Assembly (NCBI GenBank): GCA_004022145.1
Contig: RCNU01000004.1
From: Paecilomyces variotii
Taxonomy: Eukaryota
Length of the DNA stretch: 64,000 nt
Direction: 5' to 3' (one strand)
Notes under the pieces: model-generated
What the model was told of the DNA's origin: nothing
Seen by the model: the letters and a program-made list of their open reading frames with translations, nothing else
The model's database searches: none
In this document: one piece after another, positions 38,330-54,118 of the stretch
Numbering within the stretch: the stretch's first letter is position 1
Layout of the letters: each line of letters begins with the position of its first letter
Position numbers and translations under genes: made by a program

Positions 38330-40981
38330 CATGCCTTGAATGTCTAAACTGCGTGATCATTGTGAAGCGCTTTCTTCATTTCTCACCTCCGAGTCCTGAG
38401 GTAAATATGCCTTGGGAGTCGAAGATTTGACCGCTTAAAATACCCCTTTTATCTTTTTTTCTCTATTCTTTGGGTGGTCGACCATGCACGATTGGCTTTT
38501 GTGCAAAATTGCATCCGGACCGGGGCCGTTTTTGGAAAAAAAAAATATCCTTTCAGAAAAAGATGTCTGACACGGTGGCTATGTCTTTCAACCCTCGATT
38601 TACGGCATTTACACGAATCTTCTCTCCTCGCCGCAGTATGCCTGACGTTTTCTGTATCATTTCATCTGCATGTCAAGAGGCGTTATCCCGGATTTTTCAG
38701 ATATCAGTGGGTGGTGTGTTGTTATGATTTTTGTATGTCCCTTTCCCCTCCTGTTGTCTTTGTTTTTGCCGTCGAGTCTACTACATTCTACGGGGTATCG
38801 TTCACGATATCTGCCTTCCTCTTAGACCTGCTTACTTGTACGATATCCGACTCGAGACGGTTGGCGTTGGGATTTTCGCGTTAGACGCCTTTTTGATTCT
38901 CTGCCCTTGCCTGGTGCTTCTGATTCCGCGTTCAGCCCGTTTATAATGATTCTCCGTCCCTGCCACAGCATTTCGGGTTTTCTCGCCAGTTAAGTTCTTC
39001 CGCGATGTCCCCTGTGTATATGCTTTCGATATTGAAGCCCAGACTACGTACGAGCTGGGCGGTAATGTATGAGCAATGAGAATTTTGATGAACTTTTGAG
39101 ACTACCCGGGTAGAGTTCCGGCCGTAAGATCTGCTGTAGGTACACCCGAGTACACGCGATTTCGGTCCGCCGGCGCGTCGAGGCTCATGAGATCCAGTCG
39201 ATGAGAGAGGCTGTCTGGATAGAGTGGGAAAGTTTCCTGCAACTACTGATGTAGGGCTCCGTTTTGGGCTTGTTTTGGAGAAAGCCTCCGAGGGAGGGGT
39301 CTGAGGCCAAGCTGGCGCCGTTCTGGGGCGATTACCAGACCGTTCCTGAGGGGGTTTATCGCGCGTCCAGCCCTGCTGCCGACCCAACGAGGGGCGAGGA
39401 ATATCTGGAAGAGGAGAATCTAGAGCTTCAGAGTGGCCAGGGCAGCATGGTGCTAGCGTGTTGCTTACCGCCGCACGGTTGAGGCAGAAGGGGACTATGA
39501 GAGTAGAGAAGAAGAGTAATATTACATGAGGAACAGGATCGAGGATTTCAGGTATTATTGTGAAGAGGAAGAACTAGAGAAGGGAGAGAAGGGAGGGGAT
39601 GATTGATTGATGGATGGATTGATTGATGTGCGACAGTGGGACACGCAGGAGAGGAAAACGGGTAACTTACGGGACGCGGCGGGATCGGATGGGCAAGAGT
39701 GGAAAGGGTTTCTTTAAATAAATAAAAACGAAAAGGTCTCGATCAGAGAGTCGTTGCGTTGTCGACAGTGAAGTTTGGTCATAATAATAATAATTCGTGG
39801 GTTCTTTGTAACATGCTCGAGTTATTCAATATTATTTAACTAATGATAATAATAATATAATAATAAATAATATCATAATAATATTATGACCGTCAAATTC
39901 CTTGCTGCTGCTGCATTCCCAGCGGGAGCTTGAACTAGTTCATTAATTAATTACCTTCTCTGCTGTTTTTCTCTCTCTCTCCCACAACTCTCTCGGCAAC
40001 CGTTCACTTTGAAACCCCGTACCACCACCGCCCCGGGGCCTTTCACTTCTCACCACCATCGAACAACATCTCATCCTGCCCTCTTCCTGCAGAACCTGTT
40101 GGTCTTCCCCCCCTCCCTCCTCATCCAGCAATCGAGCATCGAATTTTCCTGCTGCCAGTGTCTCGTCGTCGTCAGCCTGCCTTCGGTGGTCTCAGATCCC
40201 TTTGGCCCTAAAAAATTAAGGATCCCCTTGATTCTCGCCCAACAAATCCCCTTTCCCCGCCACCGCGCTCTGCAAGCTTGAGCATTCTCTTCAACCCTCA
40301 CAACACCGTTCATCCAGAGCAACAGCAGACACCCGTCCGCCATCTCCCTTGTCGCGTCCATCGCCGGTCCATCCCACGAGTCTTCAGGGACTCTCAGGCG
40401 CCGTTTTCCAGCTCCCACCTTTTTCTCAGGTTTCGGCCCGCTTGTGCATCAGAGGCGTCATCCAAACCTGCGGGAGCCGCATCACCCCCATCGCCATCTC
40501 GCACCGGCCACCAACCCGTCCGTTACTGGGTGCTACACCTCTTCGTCCTCTGGCATTCGTGCCAGAGCTTGGATTCTGAGGCCGTTGGGCCTGTCCCTCT
40601 TTGTCGGATCTTTTTTTTGCGGCAGGAGATCTTGGGAATCGTGTGAGATCTTCACCGCATCCCTATCTTGGTCGCGTCCACGGCGCGTCGAGATTTTTTT
40701 CTTTTTTTCTTTTTTTTTTTTCTCTCCGGCGCAACGCTTCATGATGAGCTGGATTTTTGTGTCCTAATTACTGATTTTTTATCGTGATCTCTGCAGAGTC
40801 TTTTATAGATTGTGTCTTTAGTTCCTCGACAGAAAAAAAAGCGACACTACCGAGCCCTCCGGAAGCCTGACTTCCGCCTTCGTTCTCCCCCCCCCCCTCC
40901 TCTCTCTTCGTCCATTTGCGACAACCTTTCTTTCCCGCTATCCTCTCTTGTTGAGTCGCTTTTGATTCGAGGCAGCAAGCC

Positions 40982-42233
<1,252 letters not shown>

Positions 42234-44465
42234 AAAAGGAATCATACGAGCTTTTCCATGTACAGCAGGTTCGGGCGGAGATAAATACCATTTTTCGATG
42301 CAAACAACGCGACAGAGACCAAGACCATAGCGACGCCGAGGATCATTCTCGCCACCCAATCCGCCGTCAATCCGTTTATCCAATCCACAACCCGTCGGAG
42401 CGAGAGAGAGTTTTACCACGCGTGCCACCGATATTTTCCCCAGGAGACTTTGCGCATATCTGAGCTGAGCTGAGCTGAACTGTTGATACTGTTCCGGAAG
42501 GTACCGTCTGCGTCCCGCAGGCCATTAATTCGTCTTTTTCTTTTCTTGTTGTCCCGAGTTCCTCTCGCGGGGGAAGGGGGAGCGGCGGACTGCGCATGTC
42601 TGTTTATCTCCGTTTACTTCAATATTCATGTCAAGTGTAACGCGAAATCTGCAACGACAAATTCTTGTCTTCCAGAAACGCCGAGGGTTTGCTTCCTACT
42701 CACTTCGTTCCTTGATCAGAGCATGCAAAAAAAATTGCATACGTACTTAGAACCTGCCCGAATAATGCCCGGTAAAGTATGCATGTCATGACAGAGAATG
42801 TGCAATTCGAATGAGAGAGAAAGGGAAAAGCAGGAGCCGGACTACGTTCTGGCGGGAAGAGGAAGGTCTCTGCGGGATAACCCGGAGAGATGGAGATTAT
42901 TCTTCAATGCAGTACTCTTTGGTTTGTTTGTTTCTTTTTTTTTTCCAACTCTGTACGGCTAATGATTGGGCTATCTTCTTTCCATTCCTATGTGCGCGGA
43001 TGAGGACCTGCATTGGTCGGATGATGCGGGATGTCTTAATTTCATACTCTTTGGGAGTCAAATACGGGAAGGGTGATAAACTGATAGGGCAATGGCAATG
43101 GCAATGGCAATGGAATCAGGTACATCCAGACGACAGATCGTCTTCTCTCTCTTCTCTTCCTATCCACATGTTAATCGAGACCTCTCTTTTCTTTTCTTTT
43201 GATCTTTTCATGTGTACCAACCAGTCTACTAGTTATCTGTTGGTCTGACTGAATATCTCAAATGGTGTTTTAAGTTTTTTATCTTTTGTGTCCTCGATTG
43301 TATTTCAGCCTCCTCTATGTCTTTGATAACAAATCCAGGTTCAGCATTTCTTAGTTAATTATTATTATGAGGTCTGTTGTCTCATGTATTCTTTTTTTTT
43401 TTTTCTGTGTAACAGGTGCGTTTTATCATTATCATTATCTTGTCCAGAGCAAAAAAACAGCAACACCAACGACAAACAAACATTATCTATCTACCACTTA
43501 CTACTATTCACACATATTCCTTAATACATACACTCGATCCTTGAAGAAAGCCCGACGCGGTCGAAAGATAAAGCCAACAAACAGACAGATAAACAGACAA
43601 ACAAACAAACAGACAAAAGCCACAATAGGGTAAAATGGACGGAATACAATACAATACAATTGAATTAAATCAATTTGAACTAGACAGACAGGAGATAAAA
43701 CCTATCTACCTACCTAGGAAAGCCAAGAAAAGCAAATCAAATTCATTAAATGAGAATCTGCATTTTTATCTTTTCTTTTCTTCTGATTTAAAATATATCT
43801 ATCAATTGAGATAATAGATACTAGTTTAATTGGAAATGTAAACTAAAATAGAGAAGAAATAACAATCTAGAACTAGAAAGACATAATCAGAATGAGCTAA
43901 GGAGGATTCCTACGATTAACGATACTATTAATCACTGCTAGTATAATACAATGGTTCATTTTATACGCAAGAATGATCATGATTATAATCTACTTCATAT
44001 ATCGTGAATCATATAGCAAAAAAGAGCAATACCCACCCAGACAGAGTAGAGTAATATCAGACTTGCCGACGATTCTACGGATCCCCTAAAAAATAAGACT
44101 AAGCCAATCTACGAAAGGTCTGACTCAAGATAAATAACAGATATTAAACTCTTGACAAGCTATCAAAGTTGGGAAAAAAAGAAATCTGGAGCGCCAATTA
44201 AGCAAAAGGGATGAGGGAAGTCGGTATCGTAGTACCTATAAGCGCTTTGAGCGCCGGGGAGGGATGCAGGGGTGGCGGGAAGTTACATGGTGTTGGTAGT
44301 GATGGATGGTGATGGTGGGATTCATAGGAAGTGTGTCTTCAGGACCTCGTCAATTATTCAAGTGCTTTTGGCTGAACTCAAAGACTCAGATTGCGTGTCA
44401 TATGCCATATCCTCCGGCGACCGAGGGATAAAAGGGTAGCAGCGGATATAACGGCGGCTGGGGCT

Positions 44466-45710
<1,245 letters not shown>

Positions 45711-46489
45711 GGTGGAATCGAGTACAAAAACTTCTGGAAGAACGAGCAGCAGAGGACGGGTCGGAATTGGACGAGTCGAAGGGAGTGAGATGGGTTTGTC
45801 TTGGTGGTGGTTCCGTTGTCGAGACCCCGGAACTTGTCCTGATCCCGATCGGGGCGCTGGCAGCTCGCTTGCCTTTCCTAGGCGAGCCTGACCGAGAGAC
45901 CACGCGACTCCCCCAGTGGCAACCAAGGAATCACGATTTACTACCACAATGTCTACTGAATACTACGACGATTCCCTTCATTGCGAGACGCCAAAGTTAT
46001 CAGATGGAATCTTTTCAATTTCTCCTGCACTCCTTCGGTCGCTTAGCGGCCTATCTACAAAGCAAGAAAACCAGGGGGGGTATATGCTCCTGTCCCTGAA
46101 CCGCCCGCGCATCAATCAGAATCACAAGAGAGAGAAAGAACAACATCGTTACTCATAAAGCAAGTTCAAGTTAAAAAGTCTTCTTGATAACAAAGTATAT
46201 AGCGACCGCCGCGCTTAAATGCAGACCAGATGAGCCTCCGTTGGTACAGGGATCTCGACAAACGAAACGTAGTTGACTGGGAACAACCAGGAGAGTCACG
46301 GAATGGAAGGTCATTTCGGGCACACACGGGTGCGTTCTTTTCCATCAAGGAAGATAGATCCCTTGTAAGGAAACGTAAAATATGTACAAGAATTGGGGGG
46401 TGGTCGAAGAGAGAAAGTAGAACAGAAGACTTCGAGAAGTTTAATAAAGTGTATATTCAGGGTAAACCCATGGAAAGAATTTTGGGGCT

Positions 46490-48730
46490 TCAAACAGATA
46501 GGACGAGCTGGGCGTCCTGGCCAACGCCGTATGCTCTGAACCTCTCAGCAACTTCGAGGCCAAGCTCCTTCATCCGTTCGGCCCCCTTTCCAGGGAGAGG
46601 CCGCCGCTCCATCTGCTCTTTGGCAGCTTTGCGGCAGTGTTGGCGCCAGTATTTTTCCTTGCGCTTCTGACGCTTCTTTTCCAGACCCTCGACAATGTCG
46701 ATGGGCCCACGATTATGCATCTCGACGGGCCGGGAAGCGTCACGTGCAGAAGACAAGAGTTCATTCATTTTGTGGGCATTCTCCAGGCTGGTGAAGAAAG
46801 GGTTGGGAGTGCGCGGAAGCGACTTGGTGCGGGCGCGGTATGGGCGCTGGACCAAGCCGGTGATGTTCACCCCATTCATCTGGGCGTGGGACACGTCGTC
46901 CATGTCCATCCGCTTGGAGATGGGGGCAGGGGACTTGATTCGGGGAGGCGGAGCCGGCGATCTGAGACGCTTGGGTGAAACCCGCTTGGGCGAATGTCCA
47001 AGCGCGCGAGGAGCCGGTGAGGGCGGCCGCCTGGGGGAGAGACGAGGCGACATCTTCCGGGTAGTGTTACGCTGTCTGCCCCGAAGAGACTCTTCGTCTA
47101 ACCCAACCAGCTGCTGCTTGATCTTGGCCGTGTCCTCCTCGACGTCTCTCAGATCGTCCTCGTCGTCGAAATCGTCCTCATTGTCTTCCGGATCGGTCGT
47201 GGGGAAGCTGGGATCAATATCCTGAGGAATGGGGACGTGTTTCGACAGACGACGCTGTTCCAGACAGGACTTGTAGGCGGCCTCGAGCGGACGATCCTCA
47301 TCCAGAGTTCCACAGACGAAATCTGTGCTGTCCGGGAGACTGGGCGTGCCAGGACGCATCTTGACGGGCTTGGAGGGTCTTCGTCCTTTCTCGCGTACAG
47401 CAGGTGCCGGCAGCCACTTCTGGTATTCCTCCTGCCTCAGAGATTCGAGAGAGGTGTTGGAGTTCCTCCTCTCGGCCGCCTGGCGCACGAGATCCAGGTT
47501 GTCAGCACTCGTGGCTGCGGTCGTGGTCGAGGGAGCCCAGAATCGGTATTCGGAACCGCAGTCGCTGTCGTCGTCGGAATCAGCGAAACCTGCCTCGTTG
47601 TCCGACTCGTTTCCGTCATCGTCGTCAGAGGAGAAGTCATGGACGGTGTCATCGTCGTCCATTTCCTCGTCCTCAGCCTCTGCTTCATCCTCTTCGTCCT
47701 GCAGGGCTTCCGCTTCCGCCTCCTCACCCAGCTTCCGGATGGCGTTCTCCTTACGCAGGCAATCGTTCAGCGTGATCTTCTCTCCATGCGGGGTGTCCTT
47801 CTTGACCCATTCGTCGACCTCCTCCTCTGAGCTGGCAAATTCGTGGAAGCGAGTCTCCTCCGAGGGCTCGAACCCGCCAAGACCGCTCGTGGGGATTCCT
47901 CTCTGTTTTCGCTCGGCCTTGGGAGACGGCGGGACGCGACCACGCGACTGTGACATGTCGGGGTCGGTCTGGGCGCGACGCATGGTAGGAGCGGGCGAGG
48001 GGCGAGGGCGCGACCTCAACGAGGTTGTGCGACTGGACGACCGCTGTCTTCTCGTTTCGTGAGAGCGTGTAGGACAGGCGAAGGTCAGGGCACACTTTCG
48101 CTTGGGAGGCTCCGCTGGCTGGCTGTCAGCCTTGGGTTGAGGCTGAGTCTGAGGCTGAGGCTTCGTCGGCTCTGCGGACTTGTCATCAGTCGGCTTGCGG
48201 CCACAAGCGAAGCTGATACAACGCTTGCGTCCCAGGCTGGCTTCGACCACGGATTCACCACCGGTCTTAGGGGGAGCAGTGCCATCGATTATGGTCGGTT
48301 GCAGGCCCGTGAAGTGAGAAGGCAAAGGAGGGCTGGAGGCGTTGGACAGCGCGGGGCTCGTGAGATCCCCATCGCTGGTGAGTTCCGCCGTCGACGGGCC
48401 GCTGATGTTGCTGCTGTGCAGGTAGTAGTTGTAGTGACTATCATGAGCAGAGGCAGACAGATCAGGGCTGCCCATCAAGGCCCGCGTGAGCAGGGATTCC
48501 TTGCGGTTGTCCGTCACGACGGTGGGCGACTTGACGTAGACGGGGTCGGAGGGCGGGTGTTGCGAGTATGGAGACTGGTGTAAACGATTATCCGGAGGTT
48601 CGTCGACGTCCTCCACCAGGTCGTTATCCTCACTGGCGGGGACGGTCGGGCGGTTGGACGACAGCAGCATCCTCAGCACGTTCTGCAGCGACGGCCCACG
48701 AGGGCGGTCCTCACCGTGGCGATGCGACAT
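46490..48730 (-). CDS. Fungal low-complexity acidic/Ser-Pro-rich protein, probably DUF2457 family
   Basis: A 2.2-kb uninterrupted ORF with conserved-looking blocks PDSTDFVCGTLDEDRPLEAAY, PQDIDPSFP and GKGAERMKELGL. The family name is from recall, and the start codon is uncertain. Confidence 0.78.
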   Translation of the reverse strand: MSHRHGEDRPRGPSLQNVLRMLLSSNRPTVPASEDNDLVEDVDEPPDNRLHQSPYSQHPPSDPVYVKSPTVVTDNRKESLLTRALMGSPDLSASAHDSHYNYYLHSSNISGPSTAELTSDGDLTSPALSNASSPPLPSHFTGLQPTIIDGTAPPKTGGESVVEASLGRKRCISFACGRKPTDDKSAEPTKPQPQTQPQPKADSQPAEPPKRKCALTFACPTRSHETRRQRSSSRTTSLRSRPRPSPAPTMRRAQTDPDMSQSRGRVPPSPKAERKQRGIPTSGLGGFEPSEETRFHEFASSEEEVDEWVKKDTPHGEKITLNDCLRKENAIRKLGEEAEAEALQDEEDEAEAEDEEMDDDDTVHDFSSDDDDGNESDNEAGFADSDDDSDCGSEYRFWAPSTTTAATSADNLDLVRQAAERRNSNTSLESLRQEEYQKWLPAPAVREKGRRPSKPVKMRPGTPSLPDSTDFVCGTLDEDRPLEAAYKSCLEQRRLSKHVPIPQDIDPSFPTTDPEDNEDDFDDEDDLRDVEEDTAKIKQQLVGLDEESLRGRQRNTTRKMSPRLSPRRPPSPAPRALGHSPKRVSPKRLRSPAPPPRIKSPAPISKRMDMDDVSHAQMNGVNITGLVQRPYRARTKSLPRTPNPFFTSLENAHKMNELLSSARDASRPVEMHNRGPIDIVEGLEKKRQKRKEKYWRQHCRKAAKEQMERRPLPGKGAERMKELGLEVAERFRAYGVGQDAQLVLSV

Positions 48731-51700
48731 CCTCCAGGAACGGATATGAGACACGAGGTCGAGAGGTTCTTATGTTCAGTCGGTGACACGAGAATCCGGT
48801 AGCAGGAAGACACAAGGTCGTACGACTAGAAGTCGAGTATGGGAAGGGATAGTTTTTCTTTTCTTCTTTGTTATTAAAAGACGAGTATCGATATTCAAGG
48901 GATATGCGCCAGGTTCACGACCAACTGCTTGGCAGTGAATAGATTCCCTGGCCGGTATGATCGCACAGACTCGTATCGTGGGAATCGAGAAGACGACTCC
49001 GAATACGATTGCCGATCAAATCCCTCAAGGAAAGACGGCGGAAATTGTCCTGTAGAAGGACCCAGCTGGTCATAATATAGAAGAGTACATCTTGAGACAC
49101 GAGACAAGTGGGATGAGGAAGATATAGATTGAAGAAAGGAAGAGAAAGATGAGAGAGGCAAGGCCAAGGAAAGGACAAGGCGACCGTTATGTGAAGAGGA
49201 ACGAGCAGGAAAGCCGCAGGAATGGGATGAGCAGCACCCACGTTGGTTTGAGGTGGCAGTCCCAGAGAGGAGCAAGTAGTAAATTAGAAAAGAAGCAGAA
49301 GGAGTCGTCGCAAGGGAAGTATGAGGCAGTTGAAAACGGGGGCCGCTCAGGGTTCGTTCGTTTGGATGGGGCGCGGAAGACCGGCGTCGCCACGCCACAC
49401 CGAAAGAGGGCGGTTTGGTTTTTTATTTTTTTTCACGGCCGTTCCAGCAACGACGAATGCTTGGCTCGCCCACCGAGGCACAGGGTGGGGGAAGCAAAGC
49501 AGTAGTTAGTTAACTTGATTAGTTTCTGGCCGTGAAGGAATCAGAGAATAATAATTAATTAATATGGAGTAAATAATTATTTAGTTCCCGGAGGTTCTGG
49601 TAGAGAACTGGTGGACAGGCTGTTGCGGCTTTTTTCGGTTTGGTCAGTTTGCCCAGTAACTAGGTAGATGGTCGCTGCGAATGCGATGCAGCCACGCAGA
49701 ACGAGACGAGAGAGAGGAACGCAATAATAATATAACATGAGGCTGCTGAGGACGATCCTACGGGATCAGGGTAATTAATTTAGCAAGTGGAGGACATGCA
49801 GAGGATGATGGACTATGATCCTAAGTAACTTCTGCTAACTAACTACGTGGTACGAGATGAGATGAGATAAATGGTGTTGTGGTGTTTCTTTCTACTATGT
49901 ACTACTCTCTTCCTCGATTGTGCCTTTTTCTCTCCTCCGCATTTCGATCTGGTCATCATCCAACCACAATGATGAAAAAGCCGATGGATGAGGCCGACCG
50001 TCGTCATTTATCATTATGTATTCTTGATTAATTACCGTTCCGTGACCGTCTTACCCGTGTCCTGCACCGCCGTTTTAATCGCCGCGGGCGCAGACAATAA
50101 TAATAATATTAAATGACGGCGGCAGCAGCCTTGGTATTGCGCCCGTAAATTACTTTCCTTTGATTTCCATCCTTCCCAGCCAGGGAGGGCGGGCTGCACG
50201 CCGGATTTGACGGCGACAGCAGAAACTGGTGGATTCATCTTACCGTGCCTGAACCTGAACGGGAGAGAGACTCTGCTGGAAAGTTAAAGCCCCTCCTCGT
50301 TTGGTTTGGTTTGGTTTGGTTTGGCTCTTTTTCCGTTTTCCTTTTTTCCTTCGTTTTTTTCCTGCTCTACCCACCCTCGCTACCAGATTATGGGCATAGG
50401 CAAGAATGTAGGCACCGCTATTTGCGAATTGGATTCATCCTCCTCGTTGAACCAAGTTATCTACCTGTGTGGTTTGATTATTGATGAACCAGCTATGTAC
50501 ACTCCGTCCTCACTCTCCCCTCCGGTCATCGGCCGCCCGATCAGTTGACGTAGCCTTCACTAACTAGGAAGGAGCAAGTAAATCCATCCTGTCCACCAGC
50601 AGCCAGTCGCCAGAGGGCCAAACCGTCCCCCCCCAAAACAGAGCTGCCGCCCCTAAGGATCTTCCCCAAAGACAAGGCGACCAGTGGTCAGCCAGGCGGA
50701 ATAACTGCTCGGGCCCTAGAGAGAGCACTGGAGGAAATTCCTACGACTACGGAGCAGTCTAGAGTAGCTAGCCTGGCTAGCCGCTGCTCCCTCAACCGAA
50801 CAGAGCAATGCCGACGCACGGGTCGCTCTCTGGCTGGAGAGCGACAAGCGTCACGTTGCAGCGCGAAGAAGACACACCGTCGCTCACCGTAGTAGACGCG
50901 AGGTTGGAGGATGCAATGCAACAGGTAGGTTGGTCCGGCGCGGCACGATTCTTCTCTAGCACGAATTCTCTTTTTCAGTTGTTGCTGGTAGACGGAGAAG
51001 AAGAATCAAATCATGATACAGAAGACTGCAGCAATTAAATTCCCGCTAATCCAGCATCGGCCAAGATGTCTGACAGCGCTTGCAAACTTGAAGAATTACT
51101 ACTGTTACTGTTTTGTGCTGCGTGCATGGCTCGAGGACCGTGACCCGGGGATGAACCTGGGGCGACCTGAAACGCCGCCAGCGACAAACCGGCAATGGGA
51201 AATAATCATACCACCAGACTCCAGTTAAATAATAATAATAATAATACTCATAATAATATTCATAACAATAAATTGCGGATACTCCGATACAATAATAATC
51301 TAATTGTCAACAAAAAAGAACCCTAGTTATCCCCTGCACGGAATAATAATATGAATAAGATTAGTTATTCCGTATTCGATCGACTCCAATCGAGGCGTGT
51401 TTCCTCTTTCTGCCCGCCGTCCTGGGGTCAACCGATAAGCTTTGAGACCGGCCACGTTCTGCTCTGCTTGTGTGCAGCAGCAAAAATTATTAGATGCATG
51501 GATCGTCTGGTCCGATCCACGACATTGAGATGATGACTCGATCCTCCTTATCTGCCATCCGTCCAGCATGCGAGCGTATTCAACATTGGGAATGACACGA
51601 GCAGATCTCCGCGCGTTCTCACTGTCATGGTAGTTACTTACTGCTGCTGTTGCTACTGACGACTACTAACTATATTCTTTTCTTCCATACTCTCCGACCT

Positions 51701-54096
51701 CCTGAAGTCGCGTTCCCCTATTGGGAAGCGCACAGTGTGGAGATGCGCCTTGCTCAGCCAAGCTAGCGCAAATAATAATACTGGACGCCTCGGTTGATGA
51801 TGTGCCAGCCAAGAATTCTTGGATATGCCATAAATAGTGTAAACTGGTAGTACAGAGTAGTAAAGTAGTAAGAAAATTAATACAGTACATAGTAAAAAAT
51901 CATACCGACGGAGGACGGAATCAACAAAGCTCTCTCTGTGTAGGCTTTCCCTTTTTGTCCGGGCAGCTGTAACTTATCTCCAATGCTCTCTCAACTGTAA
52001 TTTGCTCTATCGAGTCTAGTGCAAACTTCGAAGAGACGCACAGCAAACAGGCGTACTTCTTCTGGAAAAGAAACACGGGATCTGGCAGTGGAGAAAAGGC
52101 AAAAAAAAAAAATCGATGGAATGCATTCTCAGTGCAAGGTAAAAAACAGAGGGAAATACAAGCGACTTGTTCCAATCTGATTGTGCAGCAGTTCACAGCC
52201 GCCCATCTTGGTTCGATGCGGTACGGTGGAGAGAGAGAGAGATCGGCCCTTTGAACTATTTTTCTATGAGGGATTTTCTCCCTTCCTTCTTTTTCTGCCC
52301 CCCCTGCCCGTCAAGTCTCTCAACTCCACTTAGCTAGTTGAACTTCCCATCCAGTCATTGCTTCTGTTTTTTCATCCCCGGGCAACCAACACGCACATAA
52401 CTAACCACACCGAAAAAGGACCTGCAGCACCCAGCTCTCCACTGCGATCTCACCAGTTCCCCCCCCAGCGCGCGCTGATGATCGCGTGCTGCTGCAGCTG
52501 TTCGAGCAAGTCTCACTGGTAAACTACTGTACTCCGTAGACTAGTCTACGCTCCATCTGGCAATGTGAACGGAGTTCGTCGACCGCCCCGGGGAGGGTAG
52601 GGTCAAGTAGCAGAGAGTGCTCTGTGTGTAGTCTGGCGCTACTACTAGATAGGTACGGTAGTCTGCCTTGCATGTCATTTCAGGTCGCTTATGGCTTTCT
52701 ATTATTATTTACAGCATTACTCGTAGTTAACTAGAGTATCTATGCTATGGTATTATTAGTTATGATCATTGCACTCCAGTCAGTAGGTCAGGATATCTAT
52801 CTATCTAGCTAGCTAACAATCTCTTCCGGCTGCAGTCCGTCGTCATGTCGCCGATCATGACTTCGAGTTTCTCCCCGGAGGCGATCCTCGAGGACGAAGA
52901 AGAATCATGCTCGCTGACCACTGTTGGTTGCACCGTCTTGGTCTCTGTCGAGTCATCAACTAGTCAACGAGTGAACTTACAGTCGTACAGCTCACTAAAC
53001 AAAAAACAATGCGGCCGTACAAAGTAAGAATGCTCGGCATTGATTCCGCGCCAGCTGTCATGACGACCAGAACATATAGTACTGCTCACTATTGAACGCG
53101 ACAAGCCTTCCAAGCTTCTTGGCCGTCTTGTCCTTCCTGCAGAATCGGTAGTCTACTCTTGGCCATCTATATATAAAACCAAAATCAAACATGGACTATG
53201 CGGGCCAAGAAGCCAAGAGCCAAGAGGATCGTACAGTACATACATGACAAGAATCCTAAGACATGTCTTGGTCTTCAACTTGGCATGTAGGAGCCGGAAG
53301 ATCAAACGGCTAGACTAGTCTCGAAATTCTTCGCGTTGCCTTTCTATACCATACATTGTAGCTGTAGTTGCTAATTCGGCTGCTAGTCTAGAGTATATAT
53401 ACGTATCTATCTATCATCATCATCGCCAGTATATTATAATTATGATAGAGTCAGCAGTATTCTTTCTACTCTAGATAGTTTATCACGCTTTATCACGCAC
53501 ATCCCGATCGACGCGCCTGCGCCCTCCATCTCGATTAATTTAGGCAGAATTCCACCGACATGTAGTCTAGATATCTCTCCACCCATCCACCATCCATCAA
53601 GTCCCTTCCTTGCCCTTACCTAGGTAGTAAATACAACCGACAACCCCGGACCCTTTTTTTTTGGAACCCCTGACACACACCACACCACACCCCGGGAATC
53701 AGAAACCACAACTACATACAAAAATATATCTCTCATCATCATCATCGCGCATGAAGAAGTACGCCACGCAACGAGCCGAACTGACGATCATCAATATATG
53801 TAGGCGCGTTAGGTTATGGCAACGCAACGCAACGCAACGCCCCTGCGGGGATATCTGGGCATTGCTTGGCGATCGATGCTTGACTGACTGAGAGATTTTC
53901 TTTTTATACTCCGACTTAGTTGATAATACAAGCAGCTCGCTGAATCAATGAATCGGTTCCAGGTCTTCTGATAGTTAATAATCAATCACTCTACCATAGA
54001 GTACCGTAGAGTAACTACAGCAAATACATCCCTGTCGATTATGACGTTATAAATCACGCTTGGTTGAAGTGAAGTATTTACCCCCTTCTCTAGCTA

Positions 54097-54118
54097 ACTA
54101 CCTACCTAGGTAGGTAGT
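54097..54118. repeat. Perfect 22-bp palindrome ACTACCTACCT|AGGTAGGTAGT
   Basis: Read directly. A related 16-bp palindrome lies at 28593-28608. Confidence 0.85.

Noticed and set aside
46637..48583. Multiple plus-strand ORFs of 110-245 aa
   Set aside because: Antisense shadows of the long GC-rich DUF2457-like ORF.
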